A DNA stretch of 64,000 nt, from positions 156,056,001 through 156,120,000 of the forward strand of contig NC_058368.1 in NCBI RefSeq assembly GCF_018350175.1, given 5' to 3'. The notes below the pieces were generated by a model. That model worked only from the letters and a program-made list of their open reading frames with translations. It searched no databases and was not told where the DNA came from. Origin of the DNA: Felis catus (Eukaryota). Shown piece by piece: positions 53,120 through 64,000 of this stretch (the stretch's first letter is position 1; every line of letters begins with the position of its first letter). The position numbers were made by a program, and so were the translations under genes.

Positions 53120-55454
53120 AGGCAATAGCTAGGGATCTCTTGAAAAATATTTTTATTTCAAAATTCAAACTGGAAAATTCTCACTGGATATGGTTCTCAG
53201 TTCTAAACGTGTCATATCTAATGATGAATGCAATTAGGAATCCCACCAGTGTTTTAAATAATAAATTAGCCTAATTTTCTAGGCCTGGCATGATGACATA
53301 CAAATACTAAAAAGGCGTCTTCTTTTTTAAAATCCATGACAAAGGACTTATTAATGACTTTTGTTCTTAGGATTTCAAATTAAAACGGATGGTAGGCTAA
53401 TGATAGTGCTTTCTATCTGCTGAAAACCAGAGGCCTAGAGGTAAACTTATTATTTTTTTTTAAAGAAAACACCTCAAGCTGCTCTGATATTTGGTTATTT
53501 CATAAAAAAAAAAAGCAGGTGTAGAAATCCTTCTATAAATGTTGAAAGCTATAGCAGTTGGTAAATCTCAGTGGATAAAAAATGCCCATGGCCATTTTTA
53601 ATTACTGAGCATGAAAAAAAGGGATGGATGGTAAACATAAGTTTTATAGATCACTATCCTCTTAAAACGGTAGAGTTTTCAAATTCTTACTATTTTATTT
53701 GAAATAAGAGGAAAAATAGAAATAAAAACTTCAATATTTGATATACATTCTAGTTATTTTTAAAACAATTTTATTCATGGTTAGACAATCCCAGTTATAT
53801 TTAATTACTATTTCTCCCCAATGTGGGGCTTGGAGAACAATGAAAAGCACTGTATAGTTGGACAGTTCTGGGAATCTGACATGATACGTGATCATATTAT
53901 AAAGAGAGTTATTAAAAACAAATCAACTTTTTTTAGTCCTTACACTCTACAATTTTAGCGTCGTTCATTTCTTTGGTATCTGTTTTCCAAAACTGTGTTT
54001 TATGGCAAAATGCAGAATTGGGCTTTTTCTTAATAACTAATTGGTAATGGTGCTACGTTCTTTAATTTTGAGTTAAAACAGTCCATATAATAAAATCAAG
54101 CAAATCTCTGTGTATTTTGGGTTTGCCTGAAGGAACCAGATCTTCTTACTCAAACTTTTGAACATCAGCATATAAAATAACGGACAAAGAGGTTAAGTTA
54201 AAACAAAAGGTAATGAATGTCTTTAGCACGTGAGTGTTCCCATGTTAAATATGGTTTTACATCTGTATGTATTGCGTGTGCTTAAAGCAAAAGATAGAAG
54301 AAAGGTAAACCTAAGATATCAGTGGTTACTGATGTGTATTCTCATTATTATTTTCTAAATAATTTTGTTACTATGGTCTAAATAGGAAATGGCTATTAGA
54401 AGTTTTATTCTAGGTTATGCCACTAAATCTCCTGACGTACTACTTTTTCATCAAAAATCGAAGTATAATATTTTCCAAAATACCCTCCCCAAAACACCCC
54501 ATTATATGAAAAACTGCAGGGAACTAGGAAAGAACATCTCAACTTTGTTGATAAGTGAACATTTCTCCCCTTGACTGTATTCTGGTCTATTTAATCAAAA
54601 ACACCGACAGTGAAAACAGCCAATCCAAACTGACTTAAGAGTTCACATGGATAGCTGTGGCCTCCTGGAGTTTTCCTGGCGGGTGAGCCCATATCGGGGA
54701 GGTCCAGGCATGTCCCTCACCTTCCGTGGCTGTCCTGAGGGCCATACAGAAATAGTTCACTCTGATCAAGAGGATATGCCGTTTCTTCCTCAAAAAAGCT
54801 TCAGTTGCTTTTCTGAGTTGGGGAAGTACGTCTCCTTTGCACTATTCAGAGTGATTAAAAACAACTGTAAAGAGAGTCTTTTATTGTTTTTGAAATTACA
54901 AAGGTAACTCATACCCATCACACAATAGCGAAAAAATATCTTGAAAGCACCCCTCCTTTAGCTCTTGAAAGCTAACCACCCCACCTGGAAAGAACTACCA
55001 CCTTAAAATCAATCATGGGTTCTACGTTCCTCTAGACTTCTTTATATATTAAAAGCCATTTGAAAGCACCACATTTCATTTACCCTCCACCTCTGATCCA
55101 TGATAACAAGAGTTATGAGAAAGGGAAAAGAGAGCAGGAAAATGTTTCTTTTCCTATGCCTAAATTAAATAGTAAGACATGAGAAACAATACTGTTTCAC
55201 TTATCAGTCACAATCAACAGCCACAGCCCTGGAGCAGGGAGGAAGTGAATTCTGGTGGTTCCTTCCCCAACAGTGCCACAACCCCCCAAGAGCCTGAATG
55301 TCCTCCCAGTGTTTTATTGTCTGAGAGCCACTTTGCTGATGTGCCTCACAATCCACAAGTGAGAGCACATACTCCTCACCGGAGTACCGTATTGCCATGT
55401 GGGGTTGTAGGAACAAAGCTGTGCCTTTAAGTGTTTAAAATATTTTGAAAACAT

Positions 55455-55686
55455 GGAACGCCTGTGTGGCTCAGTCAGCTAAGTGTCTGACTTTGGCTCA
55501 GGTCATGATCTCACAGCTCATGGGTACAAGTCCCGCGTCGGGCTCTGTGCTGATGGCTCAGAGCCTGGAGCCTGCTTTGGATTCTGTGTCTCCTCTCTGT
55601 CCCTCCCCTGCTCATGCTGTGTCTCTCTCTCTCTCACTTTGTCTCAAAAATAAACATTAAAAGAACATTTTTTTAAATAAAAAAAT
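55455..55686 (+). mobile_element. Can-SINE (SINEC_Fc-type)
   Basis: cgcctgtgtggctcagtcagctaag head; TSD aaaatattttg(a/g)aaaca. Confidence 0.95.
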
Positions 55687-55899
55687 AAAATATTTTGGAA
55701 ACACAAAGGGAGATGCCGCCAGTTCCTTCTTTTGCTTGGAACTGTACAGGTTGACTCCAGGTAGAGAGTAGATCATTGACTTTGGTGCTCAAGGCTTAAA
55801 TCAGCTCCACAGGCATCCAGCAAGCTAAAATAAAAGCTAGACATGTGGTTACTGAAACCTATGCTGCATTCCACAACCCTTGGAAAATATAAGGCAGTA

Positions 55900-56085
55900 C
55901 AAGGCAGTGGCAAGAGACCTGGATTTGGAATCAGAATGACAGGGTCAGACATTTGTCACTAGCACCCAGACCTTTAGTGACCTTCCTGAGTCATAACCTC
56001 TTCATCTATAAAATACGGATCATGATATTAGCCCTCCTTCTAGGGTTGTTGTGTAGTGAAAATGTGATAACAAATATGAGTGTGT
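55900..56085 (+). mobile_element. MIR fragment
   Basis: ggatttggaatcaga...cttcatctataaaat...agggttgttgtg. Confidence 0.7.
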
Positions 56086-56651
56086 TTTAAGTGTGCTTTA
56101 AATATACGTATAGCTTGCACTTGAACCCTATGTTCTCTGTATTTTAAAAATTAGAATCAAGCATATTGATTTTGCCATGTAAGCTATGTTTCTCCATAAA
56201 ATCTTCAAATTTATACCTAACAATCATGGCTAACTAATGTAACTTCACAATGCATCACATTAAAATATAGAACACATTAACTTTAGAAACTATTACTTAT
56301 TATGAAAAGTCATTTGTTTTTACATAATAATTAACTTTAAAATGTCTAATTCCTATGGACCATTTGTTTTCTGCAGTGGAATATGCTTTTGAATTCATTA
56401 ATTTAAAAAGTAAGGGAAATTACAATAAGTCAAAGGCAAAAAACTAAATGTTCTATGATTCTGTGAATTATAATTAAACTGAAGACTAATATATAAGAAT
56501 TTTTTTAATATAATATTTCTCTCTTGCATATTTCAGAAAATTTAATTTAGATTAATCATTAATTATGTCTATAACAGATTATAGGTAAATACGTATCCTA
56601 TATCTATGTATATATAATAGATACAGAATTAGGAAAGATGGCTATAAATAC

Positions 56652-56820
56652 ACAAAGCAGCCCCTCAATTATAAATGGATTATATCTGAAAGTTTATTAT
56701 AAATTGCTTATTAACAACTTCAGAAATACCTTATCACAGAAACAACATTAATATGATGTGGTGGGCCCAGCCTACCTCAGAAAAAAATCCATTTGACCCA
56801 TCATCTACCCCAAAGATTAA
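56652..56820 (+). mobile_element. Tigger15-like DNA transposon end fragment
   Basis: gcagcccctcaattataaatggattatatctgaaagtt...cagaaacaacatta. Confidence 0.5.
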
Positions 56821-57599
56821 TAACCACATAGTGACAAGAATTTCTCGTAGAAAATACACATCTGCCCTCACTGGCAACGTCAGGCTCTTTCACTGATTAT
56901 TGGAGAGTTGGGAAGGACGAGTGGTACAACGGGCTGAGATCTGAGAGTACAGGGAGCAGACACCAATTTATTTACTTTTGGAAGAAAAACCAAACTCAAA
57001 TGATCAGAAACAGGAATAAAGAATGGGAGCAGAGACTATATATGCTATCTACTGGTACATAATAAAGGGTTAATAATTACTAACCAAAATAACAAAGTAG
57101 AACTAAGCAGGCTGGGATTTGTGAGATGTCAGAGGAGGAGGAGGAATTAGGACAGGAACACTGGCACTGTGCAGAAGCAGTGGGCAGAAAAAGAGGGGAA
57201 GCTTAAGAGGTTTGTTGTCCTTCACATACCCCCCACCTCTGTCCCCCTAGAGGTTTTGGGGGAGTCCTACATCCACCCACGAGTGAAGAGAGAAGCACCG
57301 TGAGAAAACTAGGAGTCAGAAAGGGACATTTGTGTAGCGGGTAGTTGCCTGAGCTGGTACTGAGGGAGAAAGGGAGAGGAAACAAACCCAAGTGCTGTGA
57401 CTGGAGAGGACAGGGATACCTAAAGCTACCACTTGTATATAAATATTTGTGACCTAAATGTCAAAAAGCAGAAGGACCCAAAGGAGATGGAGAATGCACT
57501 TAATCCCTCCCTCTCTCCAAGCCAAGTGAGTCTCTCGAGACACCACAATCTCCTAGCTTTCTTCCTACTCCACCGCCCATCTTTTCTGAGAGACCTAGC

Positions 57600-58715
57600 A
57601 GCATCTTCCACCTCCTGAATTCTCCACATTAGAGTGCCCTGGGCCTCAGCCCTCCACCAAGATGACCCTTACTGGGTCCATCCCAGCTTATAAATAACCT
57701 CTGTACTGTGATCATTGCCATGCTAATTCCAACCTCGGCCTCTCCTTTGCTTTCCATATAACCATGTCTGTCTCCTACTCCATTTTCCCAGATGTCTTCA
57801 ATGCGTCTCAAATGTAGTATGTGCCAAACACAATTATTGATTTCTCCCCCAAATTCCATCCTCCCCCAGGTTTCCTCATCTCAATAAATCACACCTCATT
57901 CACAAAGCTGTTCATGCTAATAGCCTGGGAGATAGCCTTGATTTGTTTGTCTCACACCTCACACTCAATCTGTCAAATCCTTCAAGTTCTGTTTTTCACT
58001 TGGGTCAACTCCCCATCTTCAAAATGGATGCCAAAATCCAACTACTTCATACCACCTCCATCAACCTAATTTTACCTGGGACTATGGTTGCTGCCTTCTA
58101 CTTTTTCTCTTCTTCTCTTTCTACCCTTAAAGTTTACTTTCGTAGCAATCAGAACATTGCTTGGAAGGTACAAGACTTCATCCCCTCAAGCTCAGCACCC
58201 TCCAAAGACTTGTTGCCACACAAAATCAAAACCTTCCAATGAGATCTGGCCTCTGGTCACCTCTTTGCCTCCTCTCCTTCCTCCCTTCCCCCCCTCATTT
58301 AGTTCCAGTCATAGTGGTCTCGTTCTCCTTGGACTATGTGGAGCTTGTTTCTGTCTCTGAGCAGAATGGCAAATGTGCTCTTCCCCAGACATTTTCACAG
58401 CTTGCTCCCTCAGGTCATACAAGTATCACTTTCTCACAGATGCCTTCCCTACTTACCTTACCTGAAGAGTCACCAGTCCACCATACCCTTATGTGTTTTA
58501 CTTTACTTCACAGCTTTTTACTTCCTAGCATTGTGTTACATATTTATTCGTCAGTTTAATGTCTACTCTATCATTAGAATGCAAACTTTAGGGGTCCTGG
58601 GTGACTCAGTCAGTGAAGCATCTGACTTTTGATTTTGGCTCAGGTCATTATCTCATGGTTCGTGAGTTTGAGCCCTGTGTCAGAGTCCTTGCTGACAGCG
58701 CACAGCCTGCTTGGG

Positions 58716-58762
<47 letters not shown>

Positions 58763-58895
58763 ATAAATAAACTTTTAAAAAAGGAGAATGTTAACTTTAT
58801 CAAGGTAAAGATTTTGTCTCATCTGCTCTCTGCTGCCCACCCTCTCCACCTAAAATAGTCCTGAACTAATAGGTACTCAGTCCATGTATGTTAAC
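57600..58895 (+). mobile_element. L2a fragment interrupted by a SINE
   Basis: ttcctcatctcaataaat, atccaactacttc..accacctcca, 3-prime end taggtactcag..catgtatgttaa. Confidence 0.75.
58591..58782 (+). mobile_element. Can-SINE with (CT)n expansion
   Basis: ggggtcctgggtgactcagtcag head; TSD agaatg(ca/tt)aacttta. Confidence 0.95.
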
Positions 58896-59539
58896 TGCTC
58901 ATTTGGACACCACAAATCAGTTGTTTCACAATGGAAAATATTATTCATGTGACACATAAAAATCATGTTCTACAAAGCAAAAATTTTATGTTATATAGCC
59001 TTTAATCCATCTTTCGGGATATAATGTGCATGATTATTGTTCTTATAGTGATGTTCAAAACCAGTTAGATTTTTCAAAATCATTTAAGACCTTTAAAAGT
59101 AAGTACTTTCTACAGTTACATGGTAGGAGAGGGAAAAATGAATAGGCTGACAAATTCTTTAGTCTTATATTTTTAAAATGTGTTCTGAAATTTAAGTGGT
59201 AATTATGTAACTTTTCCTACTGAGATTTTGTTAAATAATTTACTATTTGACAGTCTGTGCCACAGTTTTTCACACTGTATCTGGAGTTATGAATGAAACT
59301 ATAAATGGCCTAATACTATGATCGAAAGTAGAAATTTCAAGGTAGGGTAAATAGAAATTCCAAGGGCAAAGAGTTTATTTATATTAATAGGTTAGATACC
59401 ATAAAGTCTTTGGCTATCTAGAAGCATCTTGAATAAATGTTAAAGACCTTCAGAGTTATAAAAGCGAACATCGTATTTTATTTATTTACACCACATAAAC
59501 TCAAAGCTAGCGGCATGAATATTACTAATAAAAAACCTG

Positions 59540-59760
59540 ATATTTATAATGCTTACTTTGTACCAGGTACTATTTGAAGTCTTTTAGTTAATAAATCCAT
59601 CGAATCCTTGTAGCAACCTTTAAAAACTAGCCCCATTTTACAGATGAAAATACTGAGACATTGAAAGGTTGACTGCCTAAGGTCAAACAGCTCGAAGGTG
59701 GTAGGGTTGAGATTGGCACCTAAGCAATCTAGCTCCAGAGCATGTGAACTTAACTACCAT
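59540..59760 (-). mobile_element. MIR
   Basis: ccccattttacagatgaaaatactgagaca...ctaaggtcaaacagct. Confidence 0.8.
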
Positions 59761-59875
59761 GGAGTCATGCCACATGCACTTTGCTCCATGATTCTGCTCG
59801 CAAAGTGTGATTTGGTTAACAAAAGACAGAAGTTAGTATGTATAAAAGATTATCAATATTAGGAAATTAGTGCCT

Positions 59876-60085
59876 GGGATGCCTGGGCAACTCAGTTGGT
59901 TAAGCATCAGACTTCAGATCAGGTTATGATCTCGTGGCCGTGAGTTCAAGCCCCACATCGGGCTCTGTGCTGACAGCTCAGAGCCTGGAGCCTGCTTTAT
60001 ATTCTGTGTCTCCCTCTCTATCCGTCCCTCCCCCACTCACACTCTGTCTCTCTCTCTCAAAGATAAATAGACATTAAAAAAAAAT
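59876..60085 (+). mobile_element. Can-SINE (SINEC_Fc-type)
   Basis: gggatgcctgggcaactcagttggttaag head; TSD aggaaat(t/g)agt(g/t)cct. Confidence 0.95.
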
Positions 60086-60523
60086 AGGAAATGAGTTCCT
60101 TACACTATATATTTTGAAGGTACCTAAGCACCCTTTGCTCTGAAATTGGTAGTTCTGGAAAACAATTGAACACATTACAAATCATCTAGTTGTCTTTAAT
60201 TCTTTAAAGGTCCATTTGTTAAAATAACGCTAATAGAAAAGAATTTTAATTAGCAAAGTTAAATGTGTAAAATTCCCAGAAAAGCAAGATTTCATCATAA
60301 AATAAGTTACAAAGGATTGTAGGTTATAACATTTCATGATTAAATTGATTTCTTACTCTAAATTCCAAACAAACTATGGACATCTTATCAACATGGAAAA
60401 ATTATTTTAAATCGGGTTTTACTTAATTTGGACAGGTCAAACCACATAAAAATTTCAAGAGCCATACTAATGATAAATCTTGCTTTTAGGATCTTAGAGA
60501 CTGGAATTTTTGTTGACTTTTAC

Positions 60524-60545
60524 CTTGATTTTGAGAGCATTCTCA
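60524..60545 (-). other. candidate 22-nt microexon
   Basis: tctgtggtttctcctttctag|TGAGAATGCTCTCAAAATCAAG|gtaaaa. Confidence 0.35.
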
Positions 60546-63179
60546 CTAGAAAGGAGAAACCACAGATACATACATATATATACATATATATATATATTTT
60601 TTTTTTCCAGGCTTTAAAACTCCTTTCAAAACAGAGTGAATCATATGTACTAAGCCACAAGAGGCAACAATTTCTTAACCATTTACCTTTTACTATCTTA
60701 AATTTCTGTGTCGTCAGATACATTTTCCTGTTTAGGTAGGTAACATAAAAAGACCCCAAAATAATAGTCTGCAATAATGTAAAGCATGCATAAACTACCC
60801 GAAATGAATCAAGTTTACTCACAAATAAGCTGCCAAATAAAGCCATCATCTTTTAAATACATAAGCTAATAATTTTAAAAAATCACTATAAACTTCCTAT
60901 ATGTTAGATTGTCCAATACTCTGCATTCTACAGGCATGCTTTGCACTCCAGCTGTAGCAGTAAAATTACTGAAACTGTAATTCTCTTAATATTTAAATAA
61001 TATATTAAAATTTAATTTTCAGCACCTGGAAGAATCTGTTTGTGTGCCAGCAAATGAGGTAGCTGGGCCTGGAGCTCCTATACATATGGGACTCAAAAAC
61101 AACCTATCACAAATAATTACTAAGCCAGAGCAGCTGGAGTCACCACAGTAGTCATTTAAAAATCAGGTCAAAGTTGCTTGAATTCTTTTCCATTTTCAAG
61201 ATACCGGGTGCATACATTCTGTGGTGTTTATCTTTTTCTATTTCCTGCATTTTGTAAATTATTTATTTTTACTGATAATTGTAGATCGGGGTGGGAAGGG
61301 TGGCAAGGATAGCTTGTCAGCTTGTTTTTAAGTTGGGCATGTTAAAAGAAATTAAGCTCCTGATTTCTCAGATTCTTTAAATGGTTTACGTGAGTGTGCC
61401 GACCCCAAAGCATGCATATTTGTTAAATCTGCTTACAGGAAAGATTATGATATATTCTTAGAATAAACAACAACAACAACAACAAAAACCCTTAAGTATA
61501 TTTACTGTTGCATGCATACAGCTTTCCACACACGTGTATGAGTCTAAATATAGGTACACACGTCATTAGCAAGATATTGTTCAAAGTATCCTCTATAATT
61601 TTTCAGATCAACAAGCCATCTGGTCCATGTAGAAGAAAAGAATTCAAGTTTTTCATTTATTAAATTTGAACAAATTACTGGGCAAGGGGAAGAGCGAACT
61701 GAAGATTCAAAAGCATTTTGTTGTTAATGCACTTTCACTTACACCTAGGAAAATAAAACTGTTTTAAAGAATGTCTTATATGGACATAATTCCTAAGCTC
61801 AAACTCCATCTGCAGTTGGGTAGGTGTCCTATCTCTCCTCCTCCAGCCTTTAGCAATTCCAAAGTACTTCCTGAAACAAAAACTCAGAAGAGCATGGGAC
61901 ATCTTAGGATTTTTTTCTACCACTTAACCAAGATGCACATTGCTTTACTCAAAAGCTCTAATAAAAAGATAATGAATTGAAAAGTGTATTTAGTAAAAGG
62001 ATGGTAATGACAATAAACTCCTTTGAAAGAGAAATTTTAATTGCTTTATTTTTAGATTTCCAATCAGGTTCTTGGATATGAAAAAAAAGGTGTAAATGTC
62101 TGTTTCTGTAAAGCATCAAAAGACATCCTACACCTGATATTTAGAAAGAAAATAAAGATTTTTTTTGATGGAGGAAAGATGGGGATTAGGGGATAGGAAA
62201 AAAAATGTACTAAGAATTTACACACTATTACCTTCAATCATTTTGATGCAAGTCATTCGTACCACCACCATGCTAACAAGACGTCCAATTTACTAAACAA
62301 TGAATACCGAAAATACGTTTAAAAGGTACAAATGACTGTCCAAAGAATGACACTGAAAAATATTAAGTAACAGCTCTACCTCAAGATAAGCCTCACCATT
62401 AAAGAGTTTTAATGAAGAGAGCCTTCAAAGGCTAAATCAGGAGGCATTGATTAGATTGCCTCTAACTTTGTGTTTTGACACCTTCGTCTTTCGTGGCATT
62501 ATATTGTCTCTGTGCATCTTACAAAGGAAGCATTTTACTAGGCCCACACAAGAACAGGAGACAGCGATGCTTATAAAAGAGACTGTCAAGGGTGTGAGCC
62601 AAAATGGGTCTCATTTGGATTTCAAGTGAAGAAAACTCCTAATGCATTTCATTACAATGTATGCGAACCTCTGAAAAGAAGGATGGATTGGGATTCTCAT
62701 CCCTATTAATTTATTGAAATGGATTCAGTTTTTTCTTGTATATCAAGAGAGACCATGTGTTTCAAGCAAGGTAACAATATTATAGTCCCAATAACCAAAT
62801 ATGCTATGATTCAGTATGCCCTTCTGTGAGATAAAGAGGATGCAATTTTCTTGATAATTGGGATTTGAGTTTAAAAATAAATCCTACAATAGCATGGCAA
62901 CAAATAAATATTCTTTGTTACTATCAGTTTTAAAGATATGATCAAGCTGCTATACAACACAGGGATTGATTCGGTCTTTGTTACCAGAGCAGGCTTTTTA
63001 CCATTTGAAATCCTATTTTTTTCCGTTACTACTGTCATTCACATATTGACTTTTTATTTCATTGAGGAATTACATGCATGATGTAATTAGGATAACACCA
63101 ATGAAAGTCATATTTTATTAAAAGATAGTGAAAAGAGAATGAGACAAAGTCACAGCATTTGAAGCACTGCATTGTAGAA

Positions 63180-63219
63180 CATATATATATAGATAGATAG
63201 ATGCGTATATATATGTAGA

Positions 63220-63262
<43 letters not shown>
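63180..63262. repeat. (TA)n/(TAGA)n compound microsatellite
   Basis: Direct reading. Confidence 0.9.
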
Positions 63263-63265
<3 letters not shown>

Positions 63266-63311
63266 TCATAAGAATATTCTAGTCATCAAGGCACCTATTA
63301 GGTAATTCATG

Positions 63312-63314
<3 letters not shown>

Positions 63315-63343
<29 letters not shown>

Positions 63344-63347
63344 AAAT
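63315..63347. repeat. (TAAA)n microsatellite
   Basis: About 8 units. Confidence 0.9.
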
Positions 63348-64000
63348 AGAAGTACTTCTATTTGGCTGATCCTCCAACTTTAGTAGAATGATACCCACCA
63401 TTCAAAAAATTTCAATCTCTAACCACAGAGAAATGCCACATGATCTAATGCTCTGAGACATTCTAAATAATTTCATAAATTCACAGGATTACAAATATAA
63501 GACATATGCTCTCATTGCTCTTTAACACCATTAACATTTAGAGATGATTGATTATGTTATACCAATAACATTCAGTGAATTCAAAGCTGATCTATTTTTT
63601 ATGTAAATCATACAACCTGCTAGTCAAATTAAAGGTTAAATATACATAAAGTCTTCGAATAAAATACAGATAATCTTTCACATAGAACATGGACCCATGA
63701 TATACCTATTCGAACATAATAGGAACCATGGATTCGCAGGTTGCTTACTAATTAAATCCAGAAAAACAGCATGAGCATGTCCTCCTTATGCCATTATACG
63801 TTTTATTCCAAATGGGAATAATATATCCACAGCTAAGTAGAATTACAAAATATAGCTAGAAAACACAATTGGAAATAAATGTACATTTACAAACTTGGAA
63901 ATCACCCTCTATAAACAAATTCCTATTCATCATTTAAATTTTCCCATACATAGAACCATAAAATAGGTGCGGTTAAGAGTACTCTAAACCAAATACTTAG

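Noticed and set aside
57821..58858. Cluster of overlapping plus-strand ORFs up to 132 aa
   Set aside because: Lies within a decayed L2 and a SINE.
1..64000. CRISPR array, prokaryotic defence system, or intact retroelement/viral ORF
   Set aside because: No spaced direct-repeat array and no ORF longer than 132 aa; the dispersed similar segments are Can-SINEs.

Overview
AT-rich, CpG-poor mammalian DNA, almost certainly from a felid: it carries 21 carnivore tRNA-derived SINEs, several of the cat SINEC_Fc type, many with target-site duplications. Older eutherian repeats (L2, MIR, L1M, MLT1, a MER34/CarLTR-type solo LTR, Charlie1, Arthur1, MER5, MADE2, Tigger15, MamSINE1) and many microsatellites are also present. 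There is no long ORF, CpG island, intact RNA gene, operon or CRISPR array, and none of the six-frame ORFs is a credible protein. The window reads like the inside of one or more long introns of a large gene, probably transcribed on the minus strand, but I could not identify the gene. The non-repeat sequence holds several short minus-strand segments bounded by good splice signals. One has the layout of a recursive-splicing exon (42713-42745). There is also a 13-bp inverted repeat over a candidate acceptor, a near-palindromic RFX X-box and a possible pogo/Tigger transposase fossil. Repeat names come from remembered consensus sequences and splice calls were made by eye, so all need checking. I do not see a clearly new biological system.
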